A DNA stretch of 64,000 nt from a virus (IMGVR_UViG_3300042258_000071:96001-160000); one strand, 5' to 3'. Positions 51,174-60,825 are shown, counted from the first letter of the stretch. Notes: generated from the letters alone by a model not told the origin. A program made the numbers and translations.

Positions 51174-52013
51174 TTAGATAAAGTATTTCATAAGAGCTCG
51201 TGCAGATTCTGGGTCAAAATAATGACCCTCTTTAACTTTACCCATGGCTTCAGCATACATCTGAGGGGAACCCTCTTGCTCATACCGATCGACCATGTCC
51301 CGAATACGGCCGATGTTTGCCCCTGCAAACACTTGACCGATGTCGATTTTGATAACAAGGTCTGTAAACAACATTTGTTTAGCTGCAATAACACAAAGTT
51401 CTGCAATGGGATCAACCATGCTCGCAGGGAGGTTTGTAAGGTTATCGTCATACGCAAGAACACACTCAATGACCAATTGATCAACTGTTGTCGTAGGTGT
51501 AATCTGAATAACGTTTCCATCCCAAAGTGTTGCAACAGGTGTTAAAATCGCACTACTTCGCGTATGACTCTCCGTGATAGCACCTGCCAGATTGTTCATG
51601 GTGTTACCTTGATTGGCATAGAGCATCGGTGATGCTCCATAACTCCTCGCGTAACCGATCCCAAAAGATACATTTCTAATAGCTGAAATATTACGATGGT
51701 CTCGAACATCTGGAGGTACTTGATAGAGATCCCCTTGAATGGAGGGTCCTAAATAAAACTCGCGAATATCATCCGCTCTTAATCGATACTCTTCTCTTAA
51801 TATAATAGGCTTAGGACGCCCTTGGGCAATGCTCACATCTTGAATAACACGACGCCTTACAACACGATCAAGAATCTTATCATCTAGTGTTGAACCTTCA
51901 CTCTCATTATGCTGATTAAACCCAAGGTCAAGAAGTTCTCTTGGTATAGTAGAATATATTCTTTGAAGAATGATGTCTAAGGGGTTAACACTTGATGTCA
52001 TAAATAGCCTCAT
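51174..52013 (-). CDS. Conserved phiKZ-like virion (neck/head completion-type) protein
   Basis: IPRELL, LDDKI...RV, ELCVIAAKQ...L...IDIG. Confidence 0.55.
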   Translation of the reverse strand: MRLFMTSSVNPLDIILQRIYSTIPRELLDLGFNQHNESEGSTLDDKILDRVVRRRVIQDVSIAQGRPKPIILREEYRLRADDIREFYLGPSIQGDLYQVPPDVRDHRNISAIRNVSFGIGYARSYGASPMLYANQGNTMNNLAGAITESHTRSSAILTPVATLWDGNVIQITPTTTVDQLVIECVLAYDDNLTNLPASMVDPIAELCVIAAKQMLFTDLVIKIDIGQVFAGANIGRIRDMVDRYEQEGSPQMYAEAMGKVKEGHYFDPESARALMKYFI

Positions 52014-52155
52014 ATTTAAGGGTGACGGTATGTCCTCTTACTCTCTTAAATATGAGAGTATTTTTCCATAAAATGACCACGATACTTCGAGATTTTAAGT
52101 TAATAAATGAGCTTAACGAAACATGGCATGATATACATCCATAGGGAGATCGAAG

Positions 52156-53061
52156 ATGCCTCTTATTAAAAGAGCTGAATCTGATATTCTAAGATTAAAA
52201 CCTATTGTTCACGGATATGTAAATCCTTGCACTGTGAACCCCTCATTTGGAGCCGGTCTTGGTAAAGTGTTTGACACTGAATTCCCCGGTCTTGCTGAAG
52301 CATATGTTAAAGAGTATGAAAAAAATAAACTCTTCATAGGGACACATTTTACGTACAAAACAAAAAATAGCCCTGTTGAAATTATTAATCTTCCAACGAA
52401 GGGCCATTTTGCAGATGCATTTGATATTAAAGATGTGAAGAAATCATTACAAACTCTAAGGAATGTTTTAGAATCTAAGAAATATTATCATTGTGCTATG
52501 CCCATGCTTGGATATGCTCTTAAGGATGCGGATAAAGAACTCTGTGAAAAACTTAATTATGAGTACTTGGATGATCTTCCATGTATTATACATGTGTGTA
52601 TGCGACCAGAAGCTTTTAAAGTACCCCCTAAATATTTAGCTATCATTGGATCTCAAGAATTTTCAGATATTAAGTATATGGAAGATAAACTTCTATCCAT
52701 TTTAAAACGATGGAACCTTAAACCAGAAGACTTCGATGCTTGGGTATCTGGCGGTGCTAAAGGTGCCGATACATTAGGATGTGGGCGATCTCTTTTAGAT
52801 AAGACGTATGAAACATCTCTTGCTAAAAAGTATAGTCCTCGCAGACCTATTCATGTCTTAGCAGACTTTGAGAAATATGGACGGTCTGCTGGGTATATTC
52901 GAAATCCGGTTATCGGAGATATTGCAACGCATGTCATTGCATTTTTAGATGAAAGGAAGAAACCTTCCCCAGGAACACGACATACTCTTAAATGGCTTAA
53001 AGGGTGGAATGAAAAATATCCTGACCAGAGAAAGGAGGTTATCGCATGCAGTCTTTCATAA
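52156..53061 (+). CDS. Macrodomain (DarG-like) fused to SLOG/YspA (DUF2493-like) domain
   Basis: N: VNP...FGAGLG..F...FP, IINLPTK, AMPMLG; C: AIIGS.EF.D, VSGGAKGAD, YGRSAGYIRN, SPGTRH. Confidence 0.78.
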   Translation: MPLIKRAESDILRLKPIVHGYVNPCTVNPSFGAGLGKVFDTEFPGLAEAYVKEYEKNKLFIGTHFTYKTKNSPVEIINLPTKGHFADAFDIKDVKKSLQTLRNVLESKKYYHCAMPMLGYALKDADKELCEKLNYEYLDDLPCIIHVCMRPEAFKVPPKYLAIIGSQEFSDIKYMEDKLLSILKRWNLKPEDFDAWVSGGAKGADTLGCGRSLLDKTYETSLAKKYSPRRPIHVLADFEKYGRSAGYIRNPVIGDIATHVIAFLDERKKPSPGTRHTLKWLKGWNEKYPDQRKEVIACSLS

Positions 53062-53073
53062 GCATTAAATGGA

Positions 53074-53412
53074 TTGGGGAGTAACATGTCTGATCATACT
53101 AGCACAAAACGTCGTATGATGATATTACAAAAGATGACCTTGAACTGTAGATATCCTCCTTTTACTATCCCACATGATTTGTCTGGGGAGATATCATCAT
53201 CTGAAGATCCCATTGTTTACCCATCTCTTGAGAGTACTGATATTAAGGTCAAAGTAATAAAACCTCGAAATACCTCATCATCTAACTGTAATTACACATA
53301 TTTCTTTGATAAAGAAAGAAGGTCTAAGATCACTAAAGATGCTAAAGAATATTCTAAGATACTCAATCAGAGCTTGCATGGGGTGATGGAAGACCCATAT
53401 GGAACTAAGTGA
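53074..53412 (+). CDS. Hypothetical protein
   Basis: ORF in a tightly packed run; GGGGAG RBS before ATG 53086. Confidence 0.5.
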   Translation: MGSNMSDHTSTKRRMMILQKMTLNCRYPPFTIPHDLSGEISSSEDPIVYPSLESTDIKVKVIKPRNTSSSNCNYTYFFDKERRSKITKDAKEYSKILNQSLHGVMEDPYGTK

Positions 53413-53735
53413 ACATGTCAGAACTTTTGGGGCCTTTTGTTATTCTTCATGGTGCCGATATCGAATCTGGATGGGGAGACTGTTTTCATAGTAAGCATGA
53501 TACTTTTGAAAGCGCCATTAATGTTCGACGCATCTACGACACACAACCTAAACTCTCTCATACCTGGGCTGAAATTGTTGATCTTGATACCTGTAAAGTT
53601 GTTGCATTTCTTTGTAGTGATATTGAACTTAAACATCCTTCTCTTGAGAAATATCGGAAAGTCATGGAAAGGTATGCTGAAGAAGCAAAAACTGAAATGA
53701 CAAATCACCTTAAATCTAAAGGAATTCCTAAATGA
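53409..53735 (+). CDS. Hypothetical protein
   Basis: Overlapping start/stop coupling; SGWGD motif. Confidence 0.6.
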   Translation: MNMSELLGPFVILHGADIESGWGDCFHSKHDTFESAINVRRIYDTQPKLSHTWAEIVDLDTCKVVAFLCSDIELKHPSLEKYRKVMERYAEEAKTEMTNHLKSKGIPK

Positions 53736-53932
53736 GATTTAATATTCCACCACCAAATTTAAAAGACCATAGAGCTTCTCCAGAATCTGTTGCAAAATTT
53801 GTACGAGAAATTTCACCGAAACATTATAATAATGACGATCTCATGGAGTTGACATATAAAGTCTATGATGTCATTAGAACCTTCTCAAATAAAAAATCAG
53901 GATCAAACGTGGAAGCTGATCCTGACCAATAA
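53732..53932 (+). CDS. Hypothetical protein
   Basis: ATGA overlap, AAGGA RBS. Confidence 0.55.
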   Translation: MRFNIPPPNLKDHRASPESVAKFVREISPKHYNNDDLMELTYKVYDVIRTFSNKKSGSNVEADPDQ

Positions 53933-53949
53933 ATAAAGGATGTTGAGAA

Positions 53950-54384
53950 ATGAGATTCCTATCACTCTTTAAGAAGGTCACGTCAAATGTCCCACCTGAA
54001 AATCTAGAATTTCACATTAATTATAAAACATTCTTAAAAGATATGTACACCCACCTCTTTATAATTAAAAAGGATTTGACAAGAGAGAATTATCGAGATC
54101 TAAGGAAATTTGTTAGGAATTCTATAAAACAGTTTAATTCTTTAGATCTTAAAGATCCTTCATATTTACTAATGGCATCGTCTACTACATATTTTACTAC
54201 TAAATATTTCTGCCATCATCTTAACTGGAGATTCGCATCTAATTATGTAACTCTTATGGCGCATGTTCAACTTGGCTGTGGAAAAATTGACACTAAAGTT
54301 AGTCAGTATCGTCTTCCTAAGACCTTCAGCGGATTAAAGCATCTTGAAGAGGAACTCTCCAAAGTAAAAATATGTACACGATAA
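53950..54384 (+). CDS. Hypothetical protein
   Basis: AAGGA RBS; ends at terminator 54391-54419. Confidence 0.6.
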   Translation: MRFLSLFKKVTSNVPPENLEFHINYKTFLKDMYTHLFIIKKDLTRENYRDLRKFVRNSIKQFNSLDLKDPSYLLMASSTTYFTTKYFCHHLNWRFASNYVTLMAHVQLGCGKIDTKVSQYRLPKTFSGLKHLEEELSKVKICTR

Positions 54385-54448
54385 ACATGCAGGAGAGGTG
54401 GGGTTGCCCCACCTCTCCTATGCACTGTTATTCATTTTTTGTCAACTA

Positions 54449-54463
54449 TATATTACTAAAGTG
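54449..54463 (+). promoter_or_regulatory. Early promoter
   Basis: TATATTAC-taaag-TG. Confidence 0.7.
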
Positions 54464-54513
54464 ATGTGCTTTATTTAAAGACATCCTTCTGACACTTAAT
54501 ATAGGAGACTGAG

Positions 54514-54915
54514 ATGGCATTATTCTCACGATGTCGAGGATTATTATACTACCTCTTTGGGGGTCATCGCGTCTACAATTTTGGGACTATAAGTGTACAA
54601 CATCGAGATGTTGTAACCTTCATAGATGATATCCGGAATAACCCGGAAATCATTAGCTTGCAAAATAGCATGATTGTGGGGGATCCCAGGATCCACTTAG
54701 TACTTCTGTTAAAGAAATATATCTTAAGTTCTGAGATACGAAATATGTACCCGGGACATGGGCCATTGAACGTCTATTATGTTCTGGTAACCCAACTTAA
54801 GTCTGGGTCTGAACTTAGTCTAGAGGAAATATTAAAACTAGATGAATGTAATATTCCTCCAGGAAACCCAGACAATCTAGATCTCCCTAGGCTGCCTTAT
54901 ACTGAGCTGTATTAG
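54514..54915 (+). CDS. Hypothetical early protein
   Basis: AGGAG RBS; downstream of the early promoter. Confidence 0.65.
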   Translation: MALFSRCRGLLYYLFGGHRVYNFGTISVQHRDVVTFIDDIRNNPEIISLQNSMIVGDPRIHLVLLLKKYILSSEIRNMYPGHGPLNVYYVLVTQLKSGSELSLEEILKLDECNIPPGNPDNLDLPRLPYTELY

Positions 54916-55159
54916 TTTAATTCTTTAAATCGTGAACACCATCCTATGGACGTGTATCCATTAAAGGAGGGTGTCATGCGACATAGTACTGACCCGCCCG
55001 AATACCCACAGATCCATCCGCAGATTTATGGGATTTGGACAGGATGACAATATATCACATAAACATGTGTTTTGATGTCATTTTGTAAGGGTTTCACTTA
55101 ATTTACATATTGACAACCTCATTTACTACCGATACATCGAATCACATTTATGCATAAGC

Positions 55160-55191
55160 AAGGGTAGGTGGGGTTAACCCCACCTACCCTT
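55160..55191. terminator. 32-bp perfect palindrome, terminator
   Basis: AAGGGTAGGTGGGGTTAACCCCACCTACCCTT. Confidence 0.8.
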
Positions 55192-55239
55192 ATTATTTTC
55201 TATTTCCATAACCTCGTTATCTCTCAATAGGGGAACATT

Positions 55240-55650
55240 ATGTTCACAATTACCAAAAACTTCACACGTGCCTTTGCCTTAGCAGCTTCCATCCTGGGAG
55301 TTTCTGCTTGTTCAAGTACCCAATATGGAGTACTTGGGACTCCAACAGCTCAGGAGAAGGTACTTACATTCTTGGAGGCTAACTCCGAGAAATGTGAAAG
55401 GGAGGTCTTGTCTAAAACCGAAAGTCTTATCATTTCGGTTGATGGGGATACTGTAGACACAATGTCTAAATATCTCCCAAATGCGACTACCTTTGGGACT
55501 GATGGAATCCTGGTTGCTAAAAAATATATTCAGATAAACGGGTTCTTGTCACCCGCTTATCAGAAAAAAGTGATATCGGCACTTGAATGTGTCGATACCA
55601 TCAGGGTACCTACCTCCTTGGTGGATATAGAAGTTGCATCTGCTGACTGA
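55240..55650 (+). CDS. Putative lipoprotein
   Basis: Basic N-terminus, hydrophobic stretch, lipobox-like VSAC-SS. Confidence 0.65.
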   Translation: MFTITKNFTRAFALAASILGVSACSSTQYGVLGTPTAQEKVLTFLEANSEKCEREVLSKTESLIISVDGDTVDTMSKYLPNATTFGTDGILVAKKYIQINGFLSPAYQKKVISALECVDTIRVPTSLVDIEVASAD

Positions 55651-55687
55651 CAACTGATCTAAAATGAGGAACCTTTCAATATCAACA

Positions 55688-55731
55688 TATACATGTATGA
55701 GATGAGGGGTTCCTCATCTCATACATGTATA
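55688..55731. terminator. 20-bp-arm hairpin plus T-run
   Basis: TATACATGTATGAGATGAGG-GGTT-CCTCATCTCATACATGTATA then T7. Confidence 0.85.
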
Positions 55732-55849
55732 CTTTTTTTATTCATTAATGATTCCCTTATATATTACGTGTGTAGAGAATTCTAAAAGAGGGAAGCGATT
55801 CCCTTATATGAAAAATGTAAATCCCTCATGAACAGAAAAGGTCTTCATC

Positions 55850-56827
55850 ATGCCCCTTATTAATGTCATAGAGCTTTCTGGAAAACTTAATAGTGGAATC
55901 GTGTCATGCTGGTACAACAATACTGAATTTGAGGTGAGATTAACTGATGAATATACCAGTATGCTTGCTCAGGATGTTACGGTTGTATTTGTTGGCGCAG
56001 ATGTTCCATCGGTGAAAATAACCCAAGGTTGTTTCTACAAAGTCTATGATAAGGAATTTATTGAATTAAACATCTATCATGTGGCCAGGAAGTGTAAGAT
56101 TTTAGGATCTTGGGATCGAATCTCAACCATCGGAGATGCTCTGCAAGCTTTACGACTTGGGTACTATGACATCTGGCTGTCAACTATGAACGCATGTCTT
56201 TTAAAAAGGAGGTATTTAACCATTGAGCATTATGCAGCTATCATCCCAGAAGAACATCTTAAATATGCATGTGTTATCTATCCGGAATCTGAACTTTTCA
56301 CACTCAGATTAATCGACGAGGTTGATAAAGCTAAAGTTTCTAGACCGCTTCCCCTCATGAAAGTTCATGAGAGCTGCCAGCTTGTTGATGGCGTCATCTG
56401 TATCGATGACCTAGATGCCAAATATAAGATTATGGTGAAACCTTCTTTTAAAACCCTCTCTAAAAAGAAACGTAAACATTCTAAAAGTGTTCGGGTCGCA
56501 TATGTTCGAAACCCTAAGGATGATACCTACATTTTTAGGGTGACGGATCAGAAAGATGACGTTCTTGAAGTTTTTCAGGTCACAGAGTTTAAAGACAAAA
56601 AATGTCATCCCCTCAAAATCATGTCCAGTCATGAACAAACTAGCATCTTAAAAAAGAGGTATCCGATCTGGCATGCTCTTGTCGCCCGTAAACTCAAAAC
56701 TGACACTCTTAAAATATTCCAGGAATTAACAGATGAGGAAAAGTTTTTCGGGTGCCTGTTGTACGCATCTGATGAAATCCATGAACGTCTCATGGCGCAT
56801 GTTCCACTTCTAGACACAAGGACTTAG
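55850..56827 (+). CDS. Hypothetical early protein
   Basis: 325-aa ORF downstream of TATATTAC at 55760. Confidence 0.7.
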   Translation: MPLINVIELSGKLNSGIVSCWYNNTEFEVRLTDEYTSMLAQDVTVVFVGADVPSVKITQGCFYKVYDKEFIELNIYHVARKCKILGSWDRISTIGDALQALRLGYYDIWLSTMNACLLKRRYLTIEHYAAIIPEEHLKYACVIYPESELFTLRLIDEVDKAKVSRPLPLMKVHESCQLVDGVICIDDLDAKYKIMVKPSFKTLSKKKRKHSKSVRVAYVRNPKDDTYIFRVTDQKDDVLEVFQVTEFKDKKCHPLKIMSSHEQTSILKKRYPIWHALVARKLKTDTLKIFQELTDEEKFFGCLLYASDEIHERLMAHVPLLDTRT

Positions 56828-56831
56828 TAAG

Positions 56832-57107
56832 ATGATGCTTGCAGCACTGATGATCTGCCACATCTATTCTGGGACTCTCATCTTTAACGACCTACTGTAT
56901 GCAGATTTGTATGCACAATACCAAGAGGAGAAGAGTTACTTAAACACGATGCGTCTTGTCACGCAACATCGGGGCAGTTTTCAAAATGAACGATTGGGGA
57001 GAGATGTTTTAATGCGCACACTCCCTCACACAAAGATAGCTCTCGTAGTAGGTGAACAGCGGTTTATCGTTAAACAGGATCTTAAAAACTGCTCCCCTAC
57101 AAAGTAA
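56832..57107 (+). CDS. Hypothetical protein
   Basis: AAGGA RBS; operonic. Confidence 0.5.
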   Translation: MMLAALMICHIYSGTLIFNDLLYADLYAQYQEEKSYLNTMRLVTQHRGSFQNERLGRDVLMRTLPHTKIALVVGEQRFIVKQDLKNCSPTK

Positions 57108-57271
57108 TGCCAAGTGTGCGTTCAGACCTGACTATTGTCCTATGGTGAAGGTTTCAGTATTGCCGTGCAGGCACATCAGTATCTAACACAACCGACGCAC
57201 TCTTGAACAGTGCTCTAAGTTAGATTGACTCAAATCACCAATAGTGGTGAAAACGCAGGAGGTACCCCCTT

Positions 57272-57922
57272 ATGGGTAAAATTGCATTTAAAAAAGAATT
57301 CACACTTGCCATGATCAAATCACATGTGGCGATATCACGTGAAACTTGTGACACTATATGGACATATGGTACGTATGAAATGTCACACGCCTTTCCCCCA
57401 TCCCATTGTCCTACTGTAATGGCACGTCTTCGGTGTGTCATGCCAGTTCCTTTTGCAAAACTGTTTTATGCGGAACATAAGTATAAGCCTTATTTTGAAG
57501 GACTCATTCGCTCAGTAACACATGGTCCGGTTGAATTTGCTCTCCTGGTCACCAAATCTGAACCCGAATGTGACACAAGCATTGTGGACGTGTGGCGATC
57601 TGTCATCGGAACGACAGACCCTCTCACTGCGGAACCTGGAACCATTCGGGCCATGTATGGTATCCAACTTCCTTTCAATGCCGTACATGGCTCTGATTCA
57701 GAAGAGGCGGCATTTCATGAGGCAAGACTCATCTATGGATCCGATTTCCTGTATTCCGTTCTTGAGTTCAAATGTTCATCAAACATGGCATCTACGGGTG
57801 GTGGAACGGATAACAATACTAAAGTTGAAAATGCTAAGGTAAAGAGTCCTACCTCCCAGTATGGGAAACCTCCGACCCTTCCGATTGAACCCAAGGATCG
57901 AATCTCCCGGGAAGGAATTTAA
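57272..57922 (+). CDS. ndk: Nucleoside diphosphate kinase
   Basis: TLAMIK, FYAEH..KPYF, IGTTDP..AEPGTIRA, catalytic NAVHGSDS; AGGAGG RBS. Confidence 0.92.
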   Translation: MGKIAFKKEFTLAMIKSHVAISRETCDTIWTYGTYEMSHAFPPSHCPTVMARLRCVMPVPFAKLFYAEHKYKPYFEGLIRSVTHGPVEFALLVTKSEPECDTSIVDVWRSVIGTTDPLTAEPGTIRAMYGIQLPFNAVHGSDSEEAAFHEARLIYGSDFLYSVLEFKCSSNMASTGGGTDNNTKVENAKVKSPTSQYGKPPTLPIEPKDRISREGI

Positions 57923-58042
57923 GATCAGCAGTACTGAGTTGACTGATCATGGGTGAGAGAATCTCTCACCCATATGCTGTGGTTTATTTACATTCACACA
58001 TGGTCATTCACTTAAAAGTTGTCACTCATGCACACTCAGATA

Positions 58043-58057
58043 TATATTACTAGCATG
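58043..58057 (+). promoter_or_regulatory. Early promoter
   Basis: TATATTAC-tagca-TG. Confidence 0.7.
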
Positions 58058-58118
58058 AGTATAACACAGTGCCTTCATCAGGTAGTGTGTTAAATGTGAG
58101 AAATTAAAGGAGACTAAA

Positions 58119-58805
58119 ATGCAGCTCGAATTCACTCTTGCAGACATCAGCGGGAAGAAACTCTCTGAGCGGTTTAAAACCGCAATAACTGAGGAAGACG
58201 TTGGATGGGAAAAACTTAACAAGGGGACTCTCCAGGCCGAACTTACGGTCGATGACGATGACGAGTCTCGACCAGTCTGGAAGACTGTGACGTCAGGATT
58301 CTCTTATACGATCATGAATCCTGATGATACGCAGCCCGCTAAAGTGCTATACCAAGGTGCAGTTAGGGGATTCCTAATGCAGTCGTTAATCCCTGAAGAA
58401 TTGAAGGGGAGAACTGCGTTTGCCAAAATCACCGAGGGTTCGGTGTTCAACCACGAAAAATTTGAATTAGTGAACACCGACGCGGAGGTCCTATCGGGCA
58501 TCTATGCTATTATTCAAAAGACCCAAAGGCCGATTGCGCATGTCGTGGCAGCATCTTCTATAGTGAAATCACTTAAGGTGATGCACCTGATCACGAAACT
58601 GCCTTCTCGGGCAGGACTTAATCGTTTCGGGGATCCGGCACTAATCCTAATACTGGCAACGCCAGACGATGTTGAAATTGTAATTTCACCCCGAATTGGG
58701 TACGGGGACCCGGACGCCACCGATGAAGAGTTAACAGGCGCGGCAACTGCCGACTTGCTGCATCGGACGGCAAAAGTCGTCAACATGCTCGCCCCACGTG
58801 AATAG
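58119..58805 (+). CDS. Hypothetical early protein
   Basis: AAGGAG RBS; more GC-rich codons. Confidence 0.75.
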   Translation: MQLEFTLADISGKKLSERFKTAITEEDVGWEKLNKGTLQAELTVDDDDESRPVWKTVTSGFSYTIMNPDDTQPAKVLYQGAVRGFLMQSLIPEELKGRTAFAKITEGSVFNHEKFELVNTDAEVLSGIYAIIQKTQRPIAHVVAASSIVKSLKVMHLITKLPSRAGLNRFGDPALILILATPDDVEIVISPRIGYGDPDATDEELTGAATADLLHRTAKVVNMLAPRE

Positions 58806-58897
58806 TTAAGAAACCATCTTTAGTTAGCATCATCATTACCCCTCTATAGTCGAGGGATGATCTTTTCAAAAATCTAAATCAAGACCGGAGACGCCTT

Positions 58898-59425
58898 ATG
58901 AATATAAATGGAATCTACTTAGACGTGGAATCCAACGGGCTCTATGGAGAACCATGGGCCATCTGCGCCAAGAGCATCATCATTGATGCTAAGAATGAAG
59001 TGAAGGTACTCTCTGAATTTGCCTTCCGCCAAGCTAACTTTCCAATAACTGACTCCTGGACAAAGGAGAACTGTTGGAGTTATAACTCCGATATCCCAAT
59101 GACCGCCAATCTCCAAAAGGAGTTTGCAGAGTGGTGGTCATGTCGCCGAGAAGGGGCCCAATCGAGGGTCTGGGCGCACATGTGCGCCCCAGTGGAAGCG
59201 GGGCTATTTATATCCCTTGTGCAGAAGGGGTATATTGGACCATTTGAAGGTCCGTTCCCACTGATTGACATCTCTGGGGTACTGGTGGCCAGGGGGGAAG
59301 ACCCCACATCAGTAGATACAGCCCTCCGACGTCGGGGGATTCATATTGATGGTCATCCTCATGACTGTCGGTATGATGTCAATGCGACGATCAAGCTTAT
59401 GGAAGCCATCTCTAAAGAAGTATAA
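58898..59425 (+). CDS. DEDDh (DnaQ-like) 3'-5' exonuclease
   Basis: ExoI YLDVES, ExoIII HDCRYD. Confidence 0.7.
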   Translation: MNINGIYLDVESNGLYGEPWAICAKSIIIDAKNEVKVLSEFAFRQANFPITDSWTKENCWSYNSDIPMTANLQKEFAEWWSCRREGAQSRVWAHMCAPVEAGLFISLVQKGYIGPFEGPFPLIDISGVLVARGEDPTSVDTALRRRGIHIDGHPHDCRYDVNATIKLMEAISKEV

Positions 59426-59430
59426 CTAAG

Positions 59431-59463
59431 GGCGAGGTAGAGTAAATAATACTCTACCTCGCC
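59431..59463. terminator. Hairpin terminator
   Basis: GGCGAGGTAGAGTA-AATAA-TACTCTACCTCGCC. Confidence 0.75.
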
Positions 59464-59591
59464 TCCCTTATTGATTCTTTGATTTTTAGATATGTTAGAG
59501 TTTAGTATGCTATGGCCTGGGTTTAAATGTATGGATATGCCGATGTCTGTCATGGAGATATTTCATACAGTTCGTAACAGAAAGGTAGCAC

Positions 59592-59768
59592 ATGAATCTC
59601 ACAAGGAGACTTTCACTTCGCATTCCAGAATTTGAAGAACGACTCATTAGAAAAGCTGCAAGTCTTAACAGTCAAACTGTATCTGATTATCTTCGAACTG
59701 CAGCTCTTAAACAATCTAAACTGCTTCTTGAGAGAGTCCCCACGCCGGATGATGAAGAAAAAATATAG
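59592..59768 (+). CDS. 58-aa ribbon-helix-helix protein, DUF1778/TacA N-terminal domain-like (not in the ORF track)
   Basis: MNLTRRLSLRIPEFEERLIRKAASLNSQTVSDYLRTAALKQSKLLLERVPTPDDEEKI; AAAGGT RBS. Confidence 0.75.
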   Translation: MNLTRRLSLRIPEFEERLIRKAASLNSQTVSDYLRTAALKQSKLLLERVPTPDDEEKI

Positions 59769-59853
59769 GCGTTCTATAAAGCTCTTGACAATTACAATAA
59801 CGACTAACCCAACGTTAACTTCGATTTGAAACTTTTTACACAGGAGACTTAGT

Positions 59854-60825
59854 GTGAGCAAATGGACTTTCTATCGGATCATCCCCCATCAGGATAATCC
59901 CGACTTCAGTTCTATGGAAGTCGTGACATATTCCAACCAGATTTTCAAGCATCTCTCTATTTTTGAAGATGCATCTTTTAAAACTGAAGATTGCCAGGAG
60001 AAACTCAATCATCTCCTCTCGGCTACACGACAGCCTGAATGGGGATACGGTCCTCTCCATGCTGATAATTCAGAATTTGGAAAAGCAATCCTTAAAGGGA
60101 ATTGGCCTGAGAAACAGACTGTAGATACTCATGATGATGAGGGGGTGACTATTACAGACATTCTTCTCGATACAGAATTTATTCCAGATTCAGAGGTGAT
60201 GGATCCGTATGAAAAAGTTTCATCAGAGAAACTACAACTTTCAGTCATCACCATGCTTGTAAGTCGTTTTCTTAAAGAAATGGCATCTCAACTTCGTGGA
60301 CTTGACACATCAAAGTTTCCAAAGGTATCCCCCTATATTGAGTACATTGAGAGGGAGAAACTACTGGAGAAGTATACTCCATATGGTTCATCTGCGAAGT
60401 CCCACTGTATGTCGGTTGTTAACAAAGTGTCCCATCAATTACATCAGATAGCTCTGGAATCTTCAAATGGTGGAGGTCTCTCCACTCCACGAGAGCTTGC
60501 GAGACTTGTCAGAAATTTTGGAAAAGATACGAGAAAAATGTTGGATCCAGACTTGTACACTTCTCTATACCGAGAGATACAAGTCTGGGCACAAGAACTT
60601 TCTCACAATGATCACATCAACTCGATGATACATTCTTATGTATGGGATGAAGTTCTTCGTATCAAGAAACAAGAGTATACTGATATGAAGATTGCGGCTG
60701 CTGATCGGACGGAGTTCAATCTTGACCCTGACAAGGCAGAAGAATTCTTCAATGAACTTGACACCCCCTCTGGGCCGAATGAAGCTCTTCGGAAACTGAT
60801 GACAACGCCATCAACCTTCGAATGA
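59854..60825 (+). CDS. Hypothetical protein with C-terminal DUF1778-antitoxin-like tail
   Basis: Ends DRTEFNLDPDKAEEFFNELDTPSGPNEALRKLMTTPSTFE; AGGAG RBS. Confidence 0.7.
   Translation: MSKWTFYRIIPHQDNPDFSSMEVVTYSNQIFKHLSIFEDASFKTEDCQEKLNHLLSATRQPEWGYGPLHADNSEFGKAILKGNWPEKQTVDTHDDEGVTITDILLDTEFIPDSEVMDPYEKVSSEKLQLSVITMLVSRFLKEMASQLRGLDTSKFPKVSPYIEYIEREKLLEKYTPYGSSAKSHCMSVVNKVSHQLHQIALESSNGGGLSTPRELARLVRNFGKDTRKMLDPDLYTSLYREIQVWAQELSHNDHINSMIHSYVWDEVLRIKKQEYTDMKIAAADRTEFNLDPDKAEEFFNELDTPSGPNEALRKLMTTPSTFE

Noticed and set aside
51093-51545. 150-aa Cys-rich plus-strand ORF
   Set aside because: Runs through a terminator and is antisense to the conserved gene 51174-52013; likely a shadow ORF
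59632-59829. 65-aa ORF from the provided track
   Set aside because: TTG start without an RBS; it overlaps the better-supported 58-aa RHH ORF at 59592-59768
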